Source of the DNA: Raja brachyura
Taxonomy: Eukaryota
DNA length: 64,000 nucleotides
Reading direction: 5' to 3'
NCBI GenBank assembly: GCA_963514005.1
Contig: OY740783.1
Span: 13,578,001 to 13,642,000 of the forward strand
The translations under genes were made by a program, and so were the position numbers. Under the pieces are notes generated by a model that saw only the letters and a list, made by a program, of their open reading frames with translations, made no database searches and was not told the DNA's origin. This document shows, piece after piece, positions 1 to 12,254 of the stretch; within the stretch, counting starts at the first letter, position 1; every line of letters begins with the position of its first letter.

Positions 1-467
1 CATCTGCCTGTACACAACCCATATCCAACCATTCCCTGCACTTCCACTGCACCTTTCCTTCAATGTAACAGAATGAGACACACTAGTTCTGCCATGCCAT
101 TTTGGCTATAATGGAGTAGAGCAAGCTCCCAGACGCATTGAAGGCTCAAACTTGGGAGGAATCCACAAACTCAACAACCTGCACATTTCTTCACGTACGG
201 ACAGCAGCACAGTCAATGACTGGAGTTGATGCCATTTGAATTATTGATGAATAGCAAGCTTCAAACAAGATACAAATCTAACCACTCTCATTCATTAGAG
301 GCGTTCTATCCAGCCTGAAAACTCTGAAGAAAAAGAGGAGACATGGGGCCATATACAGCAGCAAGGGAGAAAGAGACATGTCGTAGCCTGAGGTAGGGTC
401 CCAACCCAAAACATCATCCATCCATGTTCTCTAGAGATGCTCCATGACCTTACGTGACGACTTACCG

Positions 468-820
468 AAATAGTGAAAGGCCTAGATAGAGTGGACATGG
501 AGAGGATGTTTCCACTCGTGGGAGAGTCTTGGACCAGAGGTCAGCATCAGAATTAAAGGACGTTCCTTTGGGAAGGAGATGAGGAGAAATGTATTTATTC
601 AGAGGGTGGTAATCTGTTGAATTCATTGCCACAGATGGCTTTGGAAGCCACGTTAATGGATATTTTTTACGGCAGAGATAGATAGATTCTTGATTAGTAC
701 GGGTGTCAGGGGTTGTTGGTAGAAGGCAGAATGGGGTTAGGAGGGAGAGATGGATCAGACATGTTTGAAATGCGATGGGCTGAATGGCCTAATTCTGCCT
801 CTATCATTTTTGAACTTATG
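468..820 (+). mobile_element. CR1/HER1 LINE 3' fragment
   Basis: Decayed GLDRVDMERMFPLVGESWTRG...QRVV.L.NSLP coding remnant plus 3' UTR (tgaatggcctaattctg). Confidence 0.8.
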
Positions 821-1809
821 AGCTGCGGAGTCACTCCAGCACTTTGTGGCTTACTTTGTAAACCAGCACCTGCAGTTCCTTGTGGCTTCAACAGAATATG
901 TCAGATGTCCGAGAGTGGAAAGCTCCATCTTGGGGTCAGATGTGGAGGCGATGGAGAAACAGAGTAAAGGATGACACCCTTGCAGAAGGCAGGGTGAAAG
1001 GAGGTGTAGTCATGTTCACTTTGGGAGTCTGAAGAACCCGAAACGTCACCCATTCCTTCTCTCCAGAGATGCTACCTGTCCCACTGCATTGCTCCAGCTT
1101 TTTGTGTCTATCTTCACTTTGAGTGTCAGTGGGTTGAAGTAGATGCAAGATTGTATAGTTAATATGTACAAGAAATAGCTATTGTCAAATTTTAACATTC
1201 CTAATCCTGAAGTATTATAATGTGACAGGAACATCGCTGGTTCACAATAACAATAATGTACTTTATTTTGACGTAGTCACGGCCTTAACTAGTGCGATGG
1301 TTTGTGGCAATTTTGCTTTTTTAGGAATCTGAAAGCAGTTGAGTGGGACGTGCAGCTGTCTTTGAATCTTAAGCAGAATTTGTCTTTCCATTAAAGAAAT
1401 GTAATGATTTTACACATTGTGGAAATTGTGATGTTAACACTCAAGACTGTCTCAGCAACAATTAATTTAAATCATTCTAATTCTCCATTCTACGGTGTGA
1501 ATTTATCTTAAATGAGTTGAGCTAGTTTTAAGTGAGCCTCGCTGTGCCACTTGCTTTGCTTTCAATTGCTAACAATACCAAAGGGCACAGAACACTGTGC
1601 ATTAATATTGTTTGTCAGATCATTGGAAATGCTCCCATACTTAATCACAAACCCAGTAATTGGATTTTGTCATTTGCATTATTTTCCATACAACCTTTCT
1701 TTCACTATTTAAAATACTTCAGCAGAGTCCTATAAAATTAAAACACAAACCAATTTTTTTTTTTTTGTTGTTGCAATACTGTAATGCTGTTTTCCAAAAT
1801 TGCACAGGA

Positions 1810-3450
1810 ACTTATCGAATAGTGAAAGGCCTTGATAGAATGAATATTGAGAGCAGGCACGTGCCGTCAGGGTAGGCAAGGTAGGCACTGCCTACCCTGA
1901 CTAAAATTATAACATAGTAATAACTAAATATAAATAATAAAGGCATGTGAGAATTATGCGTGTCTAAGAGACCGATCTCTTAGGTAGGCATAATTCTCCG
2001 TGCCTTTCATCCGCAGCGCTTGTAACACGGGAAGCTCTGTGCAGCCCACGTGCCGTCACCGCTGCCTGAAGCCGTCAGTTTCAAGCGGGGCTGAAGGCAG
2101 CTGAAATTCTGCCTTTGCTGTACTGCGCATGCGCACCAGTCTACTGCGCATGCGCAGTGCAAGTTTCTTGGCGGGGTTTTCAACTATAGTTTGTCGTGTA
2201 CCAATAATGTGGTAAGTACATTTTGTGTTTATGTTGTTAAATACCTTATTTCCCGGGGTGTGGGGGAGGGGGGCACTCCTTTCACAGCGTTTAGGGAGTC
2301 TGGCCCGGGGTAAAGTTGCAGGAAGGGTATGAATGAGGGGATTAGGATAATGCCACTTGCGACGCTCCTTGCACGGAGGCATGGAATGCCACCCCATTGA
2401 GGGCGATGGGGGGGGGGGGGGAGAGAGAGAAGTAGCTCGGGTGGCTGAGCGGCCGCCGGGCCGGACAGCGGAACCAGCCGCCACCTTAGCTCCTTCTGCC
2501 GGTCCCCGCTCACCTGTGGCAGCTCTCCGTCTAAAAACCTCTATCCTGCCGCTCGCTGGCCTCACTCATGTCCTTAAATTCCGACGGCGCGATTGCGGTT
2601 ACTCGGCTGTGGGAATTTAAGGATTTGCAGGAAGCCGCTGACATGAGCAAAGTCGGCGAACGGCAGGTGACAGGTGTTCCGACGGAGATCACTGCCAAAG
2701 GTGAGCGGGCCGGCAGAAGGCGCTGAAGTGGCGGCCAGTTCTGCTGTCGGGTCCCGGTGGCCGCTTGTAACTACCAGAGCTGCTTCTATCCCCAGCTACA
2801 GTGCGTGGCTTCGCGCCCGGAGAGCTGCGGCAGCGGTGAGTGAGTGACTTACTGGCAGTATCCCTGACACCCTCCTTCTCAACACTGGTGCCCACCCCAC
2901 AACTTTACCCCTGGCACAGACTCTCCACACGCTGTGAAAGGAACTGTTCCCCCAATTGATCTATTACTAGGAAGCCTTGGGCAAATTGAAATGTCACTGG
3001 TTTTTATTTATTTATTTATTTAACGGGGAGACCAATCTGCGCATGCGCAGTTTAAATTTTTTTTAAAGAGGACTGAGTGCCTACCCTGAGTAATTACTCA
3101 CGGCACGTGCCTGATTGAGAGGATGTTTCCCCAAGTGGGAGAGCCTAGGTCTGGGGGCCGTAGCCACAGAATAAAAGACGTACCTTTACAAAGGAGATGA
3201 GAAAGTATTTATTTAGTCAGAGGGTGGTGAATCTGCGGAATTTATTGCCACAGAAGGCTGTGGAGGCCAATTCAATTGCTATCTTTAAGGCACAGATAGA
3301 GTAGATACCCGACTAATAAGGGTGTCAGTGGTTAAGGGGTGATGACAGGAGAATGCGGTTGAAAGGGAAAGATAGATCAGCCATGATTGAATGGCAGAGT
3401 AGACTTGATAAGCTGAATGGTCTAATTCAGCTCCTAGGACTTCTGAACAT
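1810..3450 (+). mobile_element. CR1/HER1 LINE 3' fragment interrupted by a hAT-type element
   Basis: YRIVKGLDRMNIE / RMFPQVGE...QRVVNL.NLLPQKAVEA resumes after the insertion at 3114. Confidence 0.8.
1854..3113. mobile_element. Non-autonomous hAT-type DNA transposon, copy 1 (1260 bp)
   Basis: TIRs caggcacgtgccgt / acggcacgtgcctg; perfect 8-bp TSD attgagag (1846-1853, 3114-3121); no transposase ORF. Confidence 0.9.
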
Positions 3451-3489
3451 GAGTAGTACAAACAGGTTTGCTCCTCAGTCAAGTGCTCA

Positions 3490-3880
3490 GCTGACTACCC
3501 TTTTCTGAGGCTACGATCAGTTCCTTGGTTTTGTTGATGTTGAGTGAGAAGATGTTGCAGCACCACTAGTGTCCTCCCTCCCTCCTGTGCACAGTCTCAT
3601 CAATTCCTGTAAATCGGCCAACAGTTATTGTGTCATCTTCATATTTGTAGATGACATTGGAGTTGTGCTGTGTCACACAGCCATGGGTATAAAGAGAGGG
3701 GAGCAGAGGACAAAGTATGCAGCCTTGAGGTGCACCTTAATGGTCAGTGAAGAGGAGATGTTGGTACTGATCTGGCCTGATTGATGACAAAGTCAGGGAT
3801 AGTTGCAAAGGGTGGTACAGAGACTCAGGACTAAGGAACTTGGTGATGAGTTGGGAGGGGATGAGTGTGTTGACTGCTGA
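3490..3880 (-). mobile_element. Rex1/Babar-like non-LTR RT fragment
   Basis: Minus strand reads GAPQGCILCPLL.SLYTHGCV.QHNSNVIYKYEDDT, a decayed RT motif 4-5. Confidence 0.7.
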
Positions 3881-3904
3881 TGTGTGTAGATATACACATA
3901 CCTG

Positions 3905-5535
3905 CAGTGCCCTCCATAATGCTTGGGACAAAGACCCAATATTTATGTATTTGCCTCTGTACTTCACAATTTAAGATTTGTAACAGAAAAAAAATCACAT
4001 TTGGTTAAAGTGCACATTGTCAGATTTTAATAAAGGCCATTTTTACACATTTTGGTTTCACCATGTAGAAATTACAGCAGTGTTTATACATAGTCGTCGT
4101 CCTGTCTCCCCCCAAATTCAGGGCACCATAATGTTTGGGACACATCAATGTCATGAAATGAGAACAGTCATGTTTAGTATTTTTTTGCATATCCTTTGCA
4201 TGCAATGACTGCTTGAAGTCTGCGATTCATGGACATCACCAGTTGCTGGTTGTCTTCTCTGTTGATGCTCTGCCAGGCCTGTATTGTAGCCATTTTTGGT
4301 TTATGCTTGTTTTGGGGGCTAGTCCCCGTCAGTTTTCTCCAGCATATAAAAGGCATGCTCATTTAGGTTCAGATCAGGTGATTGACTTGGCCACTCAAGG
4401 ATTGACCATTTTTTAGCTTTGAAAGACGACTTTGTTGCTTTAGCAGTATGTTTGGGATCATTGTCGTCCTGTGGAATTAACTGCCAGCCAATGAGTTTTG
4501 CGGCATTTGTTTGAACTGGAGCAGATAGGACATGTCTACATATTTCAGAATTCATTATGCTACTACCATCAGCAGTTGTATCATCAATGAAGATAAGTGA
4601 GCCAGTACCTGCAGCAGCCATACATACCCAAGCCATAACACCCCCACAAACGTGTTTCACAGATGAGTTGGTGTGCTTAGGATCTTGGGCATTTCCTTCT
4701 CTCCTCCATACTTTGCTCTTGCCATCACTCTGATATAAGTTAATCTATGTCTCATCTGTCCACAAGACCCTTTTCCAGAACTGTGGTTGCTCTTTTAAGT
4801 ACTTCTTGGCAAACTGTAACCTGGCCATCCTATTTTTGCGGCTAACCAGTAGTTGGCATCTTGCAGTGTAGCCTCTATATTTCTGTTCATTAAGTCTTCT
4901 GTGGACAGTGGTCATTGACAAATCCATACCTGACTCAAGAAGAGTGTTTCGGGTCTGTCAGACAGGTGTTTGGGGTTTTTTCTTTATTATTGAGATAATT
5001 ATTTTGTCATCAGCTGTGGAGGTCTTCCTTGGCCTGCCAGTCCCATTGTGATTAATAAGCTCATCAGTGCTCTCTTCTTAATGATGTTCCAAACAGTTGA
5101 TTTTGGTGAGCCTAAGGTTTGGCTGATGTCTCTAACAGCTTTATTCTTGTTTCTCAGTCTCACAATGGCTTCTTTGACTTTCATTGGCACAACTTTGGTC
5201 CTCATGTTGATAAACAGCAATAAAAGTTTCCAAATGTGATGGCAAGACTGGAGGAAAGACTAGGTGCTGAGAGCTCTCTTATACTGCATTAAGGAGGCAT
5301 TTAGACTCATCATGTGTCCCAAATATTATGGTGCCCTGAAATAGGGGGGAATATGTATAAACACAGCTGTAATTTCTACGGTAAAACCAAAATGTATAAA
5401 TATGGCCTTTAATAAAATCTGACAATGTGCACTTTAAACACGTGATTTTTTTTCCAATACAAATCTCAAATTGTGAAGTACGGAGGCAAATAAATAAATA
5501 ATGAGTCTTTGTCCCAAACATTATGAAGGAAACTG
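3905..5535 (-). mobile_element. Full-length decayed Tc1-family DNA transposon
   Basis: About 230-bp TIRs starting cagtgccctccataatg / cattatgaaggaaactg followed by TA; internal transposase remnants. Confidence 0.92.
4174..5205 (-). pseudogene. Frameshifted DD34E Tc1 transposase
   Basis: Fragments MRTKVVPMKVKEAIV...KSTVWNIIKK, RVLWTDET, KHVCGGVMAWVC, QDDNDPKH...WPSQSPDLNLNE (34 residues between D and E) and RRLQAVIACKGY, spread over several frames. Confidence 0.88.
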
Positions 5536-5659
5536 TATATATGTACATATACTTTGCATATATACAATATATATAACTTATTATGTAATATAACTTTATA
5601 TTATGCAATACCATATATTGTAACTCAGTACACGTTACAATTGAGTGTACATACTTGTT

Positions 5660-6105
5660 AGACACTTGTCAGACACAAAGCTGGAGTAACTTAGCAGGAC
5701 AGGCAGCATCTCTGGCAGAAGGAATGGGTGACGTTTCCAGTCGATACCCTTCAGATGAGTTAGGGATAAGGGAAACGAGAGATATAGACGATGAAGGGAG
5801 ATAAAGATCAATGAATAAAAGATATGCATATAACGATTATAAGGGAACAGGCTATTGTTAGCTGTTAGTTGGGTGAAATTGAGAACTGGTACGACTTTGG
5901 TGGAGGAGTGATGGAGAGAGAGGGAATGCCGGGGTTACTTGAAGTACGAGAAGTCAAAATTCATACCACTGGGCTGTAAGCTGCCCAAGCAAAGTCTGAG
6001 ATGCTGTTCCTCCAATTTGTGTTTATCCTCACTGACAATGGAGGAGACCTGGTACTAAAAGGTCTGTGTGGGAATGGGAAATGGAATTAAAGTGTTTAGC
6101 AACCG
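5660..6105 (-). mobile_element. Penelope-like element 3' fragment (GIY-YIG endonuclease C-terminus plus pLTR)
   Basis: Minus strand reads VAKHFNSISHSHTDLLVPGLLHC..DKHKLEEQHLRLCLGSLQPSGMNFDFSYFK*, followed by the ctgaaggg...gaaacgtcacccattcc...gagatgctgcctg...ctccagc repeat. This links the ubiquitous short repeat to PLEs. Confidence 0.8.
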
Positions 6106-6109
6106 GGAT

Positions 6110-6610
6110 GTTGGGTCTTCAGTTTTGAATGGGATCTGTTGATGGTAGCTTGGCATATACTGCTCCAAACTGGCCTGGTTGAAATCCCCAACAATCACAG
6201 GAAGGCTCAAGGATAAGCTGTGTAGTTCTAGTTGTTGTGGCACTTTAAGTCCTCAAGTGTTGCCTTAATGTCTGCCTGAGCTGGCATATTAACTGCAGGT
6301 TGATTGCAAATAAATGCTTCGGTAAGTAGGAAGGAGAGCAATTAAGTTTTTCGGGGACGGGGAAGCAGGAATGGGGCAAGACCAAACACCATGGCAAGTT
6401 CATCATGAGGCAGACAAAGCCATCTCATCTATTTTTCTGACCCTGACATCAAACCATGCAGTGGATGGGAACCACTCAGGCTGGAGACCCGTGTCCAAAG
6501 AGTTCGGGGTGAGCCATGTCTCTCTGAAACAGAATGCACAGCAGTCCCTTGTATCCCTCTGATACAGCAGTCTTCCTCTTTGGTCTTCTGTCTTGTTCTG
6601 CAGATAGCTG
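6110..6610 (-). mobile_element. Rex1-like apurinic-type endonuclease fragment
   Basis: Minus-strand remnants CCAFCFRETWLTP and PVIVGDFNQASL. Confidence 0.6.
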
Positions 6611-7081
6611 CTAGGGAGGGAGGGTAATGTGCTTTGACGGATGAATCTTACCTGAAGGTCTCTCTGGTGATTTCGAGCTTATCGGAGGTTTACCAGACTC
6701 TTGCAAGTGCTGTGCAAGGAACAGCAGATGCTGGTTTAAACCGAAGATAGACACAAAAAGCTGGAGTAACTCAGCGGATAGGGAGCATCTCTGGAGAGAA
6801 GGAATGGGTTTGCTTTTGGGTCGAGACCCTTCTTCTGACTGTCTCGCTGAGTTACTCCAGCGCTTTGTGTCTATTTTGCAAGTGCTGTGCTTGTGTTCCA
6901 GGGGTTGAGACCGTCGGAGAGATTGGGAGATTGCCAGTGCATTTAAATGGTTTAAACTGTTTCTCACTTCTTTAGTCTGGCTGCAATGTCAGCTCTAAAA
7001 AGTCAGAACGTGTGCAGGCAAGTGAAGACACAAAGTGCTGGAGTAAGTCAATGATCAGGTGGCATATCTGGAGAACAAAGG

Positions 7082-7385
7082 CGGAAACAGTGGCGCAGCG
7101 ATAGAGTTGCTGCCTTACAGCACCAGAGACCCGGGTTTGATCCTGACAGTGGGTGCTGCCTGTACGGAGTTTGTACGTTCACCCCGTGACTGCGTGGGTT
7201 TTCCCCAGATGCTCCAGTTTCCTCCCACACTCCAGAGACGTATAGGTTTGTCAGTTAATTTGGCTTCTGTAAATTGTAAATTGCCCCTCGGGTGTAAGAT
7301 AGTGTTAGTGTAAGGGGTTTGCTGGTCAGCGCAGACTCGGTGGGCCGAAGAGCCTGTTTCCACACTGTATCTCTAAACTAAACTG
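7082..7385 (+). mobile_element. HE1-type tRNA-derived SINE
   Basis: A box tggcgcagcgatag, B box ggtttgatcc, central ccccgtgactgcgtgggttttc domain, CR1-like 3' end and (taaac)n tail. Confidence 0.85.
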
Positions 7386-8510
7386 TACATGGATAGATGA
7401 TGTTTTGGTTTGGGACCCGCAAAATGTCACCTCTTGTGCCATCATGTATTGTTTACAGATTATGTAAAATACAAATGGTTGCCTTCTTGCAAGATGTCAG
7501 TGGTAATGTATTGGAAGAAATTATGCTATTCTGTTAATTGGTTTCTACAATTTAAAGATCTTAAAATAGTATTAAATTTGTCATTTGATTTATTGGTAAA
7601 GATGTTAACTGGATACGTTTGGTTGCAAGCATATGGTTCTAAATGTTTTCACCAACATAATAGCAATCACAAGTATGATAGAAGTGATTTAGTGATTGCT
7701 GCGTTTTATCTGTACAGCCAAAATACCTGAAAGCCCAACAAGTTTAATATTATCCCTCGCTGACTCAGGCCAAATGCCAGGTATCTGTTACACAACTTCC
7801 ATCAAGTACTCATTCAAACTTGTTCCTCTGGAAACAATCTTGAATGCTGCATTCATACAGATTCTAAACTACATGTATTAATTCTCGTGTGGATTTATTA
7901 GCAAACTTTCGATTTGAACATTTCTCAAAATTGGGGATTTAGTTCAGTTTAGTTTATTGTCAAGCATACCGAAAAGCTTTTGTAGTGTGCTAGCCAGCGA
8001 GCGGAAAGACGATACATGTTTGCAGTGGAGCCACTTACAGTATACAGATACATGATAAGGGAATAATAATGTTTAGTACGAGGTAAAGCCAGCAAAGTCC
8101 GATCAAAGATAGTCCGTGGGTCATCAATGAAGTAGATAGTAGTTCGGGAATGCTCTCTGGTTGTGGTAGGATGGTTCAGTTGCCTGATAGCAGTTGGTTC
8201 TGTGCAGTAACATGAGAATAGTTGTGTCTCATGCTTGTGAGCTGGCGAAGACAACTTTGTTTGTTTCTCTCTCTCAGCCCTCACCATCACTATAAAAAAA
8301 ATAAAACAAATAATTGGGATCACAAAATAAATGACACACTGACATTAATTGTTTTGCAGGTCACCTTTGCCAATGCAATAAATGGCATCTTCAATCATGT
8401 TTGTAGTCTATTTTGCAGTCTGTGGAACTTGGAACCTGAAATGATGAAAGCAGACCACTATTTTATTTAACAATGCGAACCAATACACACAAACAATGCA
8501 TTTTGTTGTA

Positions 8511-8993
8511 GAAACATAGAAACATAGAAAATAGGTGCAGGAGTAGGCCATTCGGCCCTTCGAGCCTGCACCGCCATTCAATGTGATCATGGCTGATCAT
8601 CCAACTCAGTATCCCGTACCTGCCTTCTCTCCATACCCCCTGATCCCTTTAGCCACAAGTGCCACATCTAACGCCCTCTTAAATATAGCCAATGAACTGG
8701 CCTCAACTACCTTCTGTGGCAGAGAATTCCAGAGACTCACCACTCTCTGTGTAAAGAATGTTTTCCTCATTTCGGTCCTAAAGGAATTCCCCCTTATCCT
8801 TAGACTGTGACCCCTTGTTCTGGACTCCCCCAACATCGGGAACAATCTTCCAGCATCTAGCTTGTCCAACCCCTTAAGAATTTTGTAGGTTTCTATAAGA
8901 TCCCCCCTCAATCTTCTAAATTCCATCGAGTACAAACCGAGTCTATCCAATCTTTCCTCATATGAAAGTCCTGACATCCCAGGAATCAGTCTA
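8511..8993 (-). mobile_element. Young CR1/HER1 LINE 3' fragment
   Basis: ORF 8606-9034 RLIPGMSGLSYEERLDRLGLYS...GYGEKAGTGY; (catagaaa)n tail. Confidence 0.9.
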
Positions 8994-9544
8994 ATGCATT
9001 TCGTTGTCTCTGTACTGTACACTGACAATGACAATTAAAATTGAATTGAATCTGAACCAAGACTTGCCCTTCAGATCTATTCTACAATAGTTGCCCCAAT
9101 TTCAGACCAATAACATTTGGCCGTGGGTTAATAAGTGGGAAGTAATATTAATGCCGTCATTTTGTCCGTCATTGGCAATCGAGTCAAACCACCTACATTG
9201 GTGCTGGCTCGAAGGGCCGAATGGCCTACTCCTGCACCTATTGTCTATTGTCTATTTGACTTTACCATTGCCGACACCCTACCATTGACATTGTGGGATT
9301 CAGTATTGACAGAAACACAACTAGATCAGCCACGCACACGGTAGCTGAAGAAGGGTCTCGACCCGAAACTTCATCTATTCCTTCGCCTAATAGATGCTGC
9401 CTCACCAACCGAGTTTCTCCAGCAATTTTGTCTACCTTCGATTTTTCCGGCATCTGGAGTTCTTTCTTAAACAGGAATGTGATAATATACATTCCACTAC
9501 CCTGCACGAGTACAGCACCAACTGCACTCAGAGTATTGAATAAG

Positions 9545-10437
9545 ATTAAATTAAATTTATAGATTAAATTTTATTACTTGTCATTCGAACCTCAGAAAGG
9601 CTCAAAGGAAACTCCGTTTCTACAGCCATACAAACAGAACAATTCATAACAAAAAACACACACAAACAATTCAATTCACACAAACATCCATCACAGTGAA
9701 TCTCCTCCTCACTGTGATGGAAGGCAAAGTCTTCTCTCTCCTCCGCACCATTTCTCTCCCGATGTCGAAGCCCTAGGCGGGCGATGTTAAGTCCCACGGC
9801 CATTGAGGCTGCGCTTAGCGATGTACAGACCCGCTCTAGGCCCAAAGGTCACGAAGTTGGAGCCCCCGACGGGCGCTGGGATGTCCCGCGGCCATTTAAA
9901 GCCGCGCCGGGCGATGTACGGCCCCGCTCCGGGTCGTTCCAATCCCGCGACACGGGCGGTAGAAGTTGTGTTGCGGAGCTCCGGGAAGCGGTCTCTCACC
10001 CGGACCCGCGAGCTCCCGATATCCCGACAGTCCACCGGCATTAATCTGCAGCTGGAGCTGGAGCTCCGGAGTAGGGCCGCAGCAGCGAGCCACCACCGCT
10101 CCCCACGCTCCGAGGCCGGCCAGCCCCACGATGGTAAGTTCGCAGCTCCGCAGGCTCCGTGACTGGAGCCCCCAGGTCGTCCCGGGCGGAGGCCGCTCCA
10201 CGATGCTAGGCCCCAACGACAACGGAGACCCGACAGGGAAAAAGTCGGGTCTCCCGTGCAGAGAAGAGATTTTTAAAGTTTCCCCCTCCCACCCCCCCCA
10301 CCAACCCCCCACCCCCCACATATACACAGTTAGAAACAGTACCAAAAAAAACACGAACATCTACATTTAACTAGACCAAAAATTTTTAAAAGGCAGACAG
10401 ACTGCAGGGGCTGCTGCAACGCGAGTCGCGCCGTCGC
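9545..10437 (-). mobile_element. GC-rich non-coding repeat, probable non-autonomous retroposon
   Basis: CpG-rich body, G-run, and 3' tgacaagtaataaa plus short AT repeats on the minus strand; same layout as 14169-15012. Confidence 0.55.
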
Positions 10438-10444
10438 ACACAAA

Positions 10445-12085
10445 TTCGACATGAGTATAGACATTAGGAGGTCATGTTGCCGTTATATAAGACATTGGTG
10501 AGGCCTCATTTAGAGTATTGTCTTCCGTTCTGGGCACCATGTCATAGGAAAGATCTTGTTAAGCTGGAAAGGGTGCAGGGATGCTGCTAGGACTCGAAGG
10601 CCTGAACTTTAGGGAGAGATTGAGCAGACTAGGACTCCATTCCTGGGAGTTCGGGGATGAGGGGGATATTATAGATGTGTATAAAATTGTTATAGATGGA
10701 TCAGGTCAGGCACGTGCCGTCAGGGTAGGCAAGGTAGGCACTGCCTACTCTGACTAAAATTATGAAATGGGAATTATTAAATATAAATAGTAAAGGCATG
10801 GGAGAATTATGCCTATGTAAGAGACTGATCTCTTAGGTAGGCATAATTCCCTGTGCCTTTCACCCGCAGCGCTTGTGACACGGGAAGCTCTGTGCAGCCC
10901 CCGTGCCGTCAGCGCTGCCTGAAGCCGTCAATTTTAATCGGGGCTGAAGGCAGCAGAAATCCTGCCTTTGTAGCACTGCGCATGCGCAGCATCATACTGC
11001 GCATGCGCATCAGTCTACCGCGCATGCGCAGCGCAAGTTTATTGGCGGGGTTTTCAACCATGGTTTGTCGTGTCCCAATGATATGGTAAGTACATTTTGT
11101 GATTTATTTTTTTTAATACCGTATTTGCCGGGGTGTGGGGGGGTGTGGGAGTCGGAGTGGGGAGAGAGCTCCTTTCACAGCGTGTGGGGAGTCTGGCCCG
11201 GGGTAACGTTGCGGGGAGGGCACAAATGTTATGAATGAGGGGTCGGGGGCATCCACTTGCGACGTTCCTTGCAAGGGGGCATGAAATGACACTGCTCTGA
11301 GGCCGGGGGGGGGGGGGGTGGGGGGGGGAGAGAGAGAGAAGTAGCTCGAGCGGCCGCCGGGCCGGACAGCGGAACCAGCCGCCACCTTAGCTCCAGAACC
11401 ACCCGCTCACCTCTGGCAGCTCTCCATCTAAAAACCTCTCTCCTGCCGCTTGCTGGCCTCACTCATGTCCTTAAATTCCAACAGCGCGATTGAGGTTACT
11501 CAGCTGTGGGAATTTAAGGATTTGCAGGAAGCCGCTGACATGAGTGAAGTCGGCGAACGGCAGGTGACAGGTGTTCAGACAGAGAGCACTACCAAAGGTG
11601 AGCGGGCCGGCAGAAGGCGCTGAAGTGGTGGCCAGTTCAGCGGTGGCCACTCTCCGAGCTGCTTCTATCCCCAGCTACAGTCCGTGGCTTCGCACCCGGA
11701 GAGCTGCGGCAGCGGTGAGGCAGTGAAGATTCAGCACTTTGTGATAAGTCACTGTTTTTATTTATTTATTTATTTAACGGGGAGAACAATCTGCGCATGC
11801 GCGGTTTACATTTTTTTTAAAGCGGACTGAATGCCTACCCAGAGTAATTACTCACGGCACGTGCCTGGATCAGGTAGATGCACAGAGTCTCTTGCCCAGC
11901 GTAGGGGAATCGAGAACCAGAGGACATAGGTGTAAGGTGAGGGCGTGCAAGATTTGATAGGAATTTGAGGGATAACTTTTTCGTGCAAATGGTGGTGGAT
12001 GTGTGGAACGAGCTGCCGGAGGATGTAGTTGAGGCAGAGACTATTGCAACATTTAAGAAATATTTAGACAGGTGCATGGATAGGT
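10445..12085 (+). mobile_element. CR1 LINE 3' fragment interrupted by a hAT-type element
   Basis: [18 protein letters not shown]... resumes after the insertion and runs to NELPEDVVEAETIATFKKYLDRCMDR. Confidence 0.8.
10707..11867. mobile_element. Non-autonomous hAT-type DNA transposon, copy 2 (1161 bp)
   Basis: Same TIRs and body as 1854-3113; perfect 8-bp TSD gatcaggt (10699-10706, 11868-11875). Confidence 0.9.
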
Positions 12086-12254
12086 CAAAAGATGCCCTCG
12101 TTCTATGTTATCCCACCTTCTATGTTATCTTCACACTCGTTCTATGTTATCCCACTTTCTCATCCATTCCCCATACATAAGGGGGAAATTTTACCAAGGA
12201 CAATTAACTTATAAACTCACATGTCTGGGATGTGGGAGGAAACTGGAACATCCG

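Noticed and set aside
1325-1400. Possible upstream AP3B1 exon after tttttag
   Set aside because: No frame resembles the AP3B1 hinge (such as LLDLDD) and there is no good donor; the upstream exon is probably outside the window.
2056-2895. Overlapping 68-169 aa ORFs
   Set aside because: They lie in the GC-rich body of a non-autonomous transposon, are not preserved in the second copy and show no protein motif.
7082-7145. tRNA gene
   Set aside because: The A and B boxes belong to a SINE head that continues into the SINE body and tail.
9564-10370. Cluster of ORFs on both strands (likewise 14253-15119, 15895-16659, 19338-20148 and 41998-42630)
   Set aside because: These are stop-poor GC-rich repeats, and the frames differ between copies.
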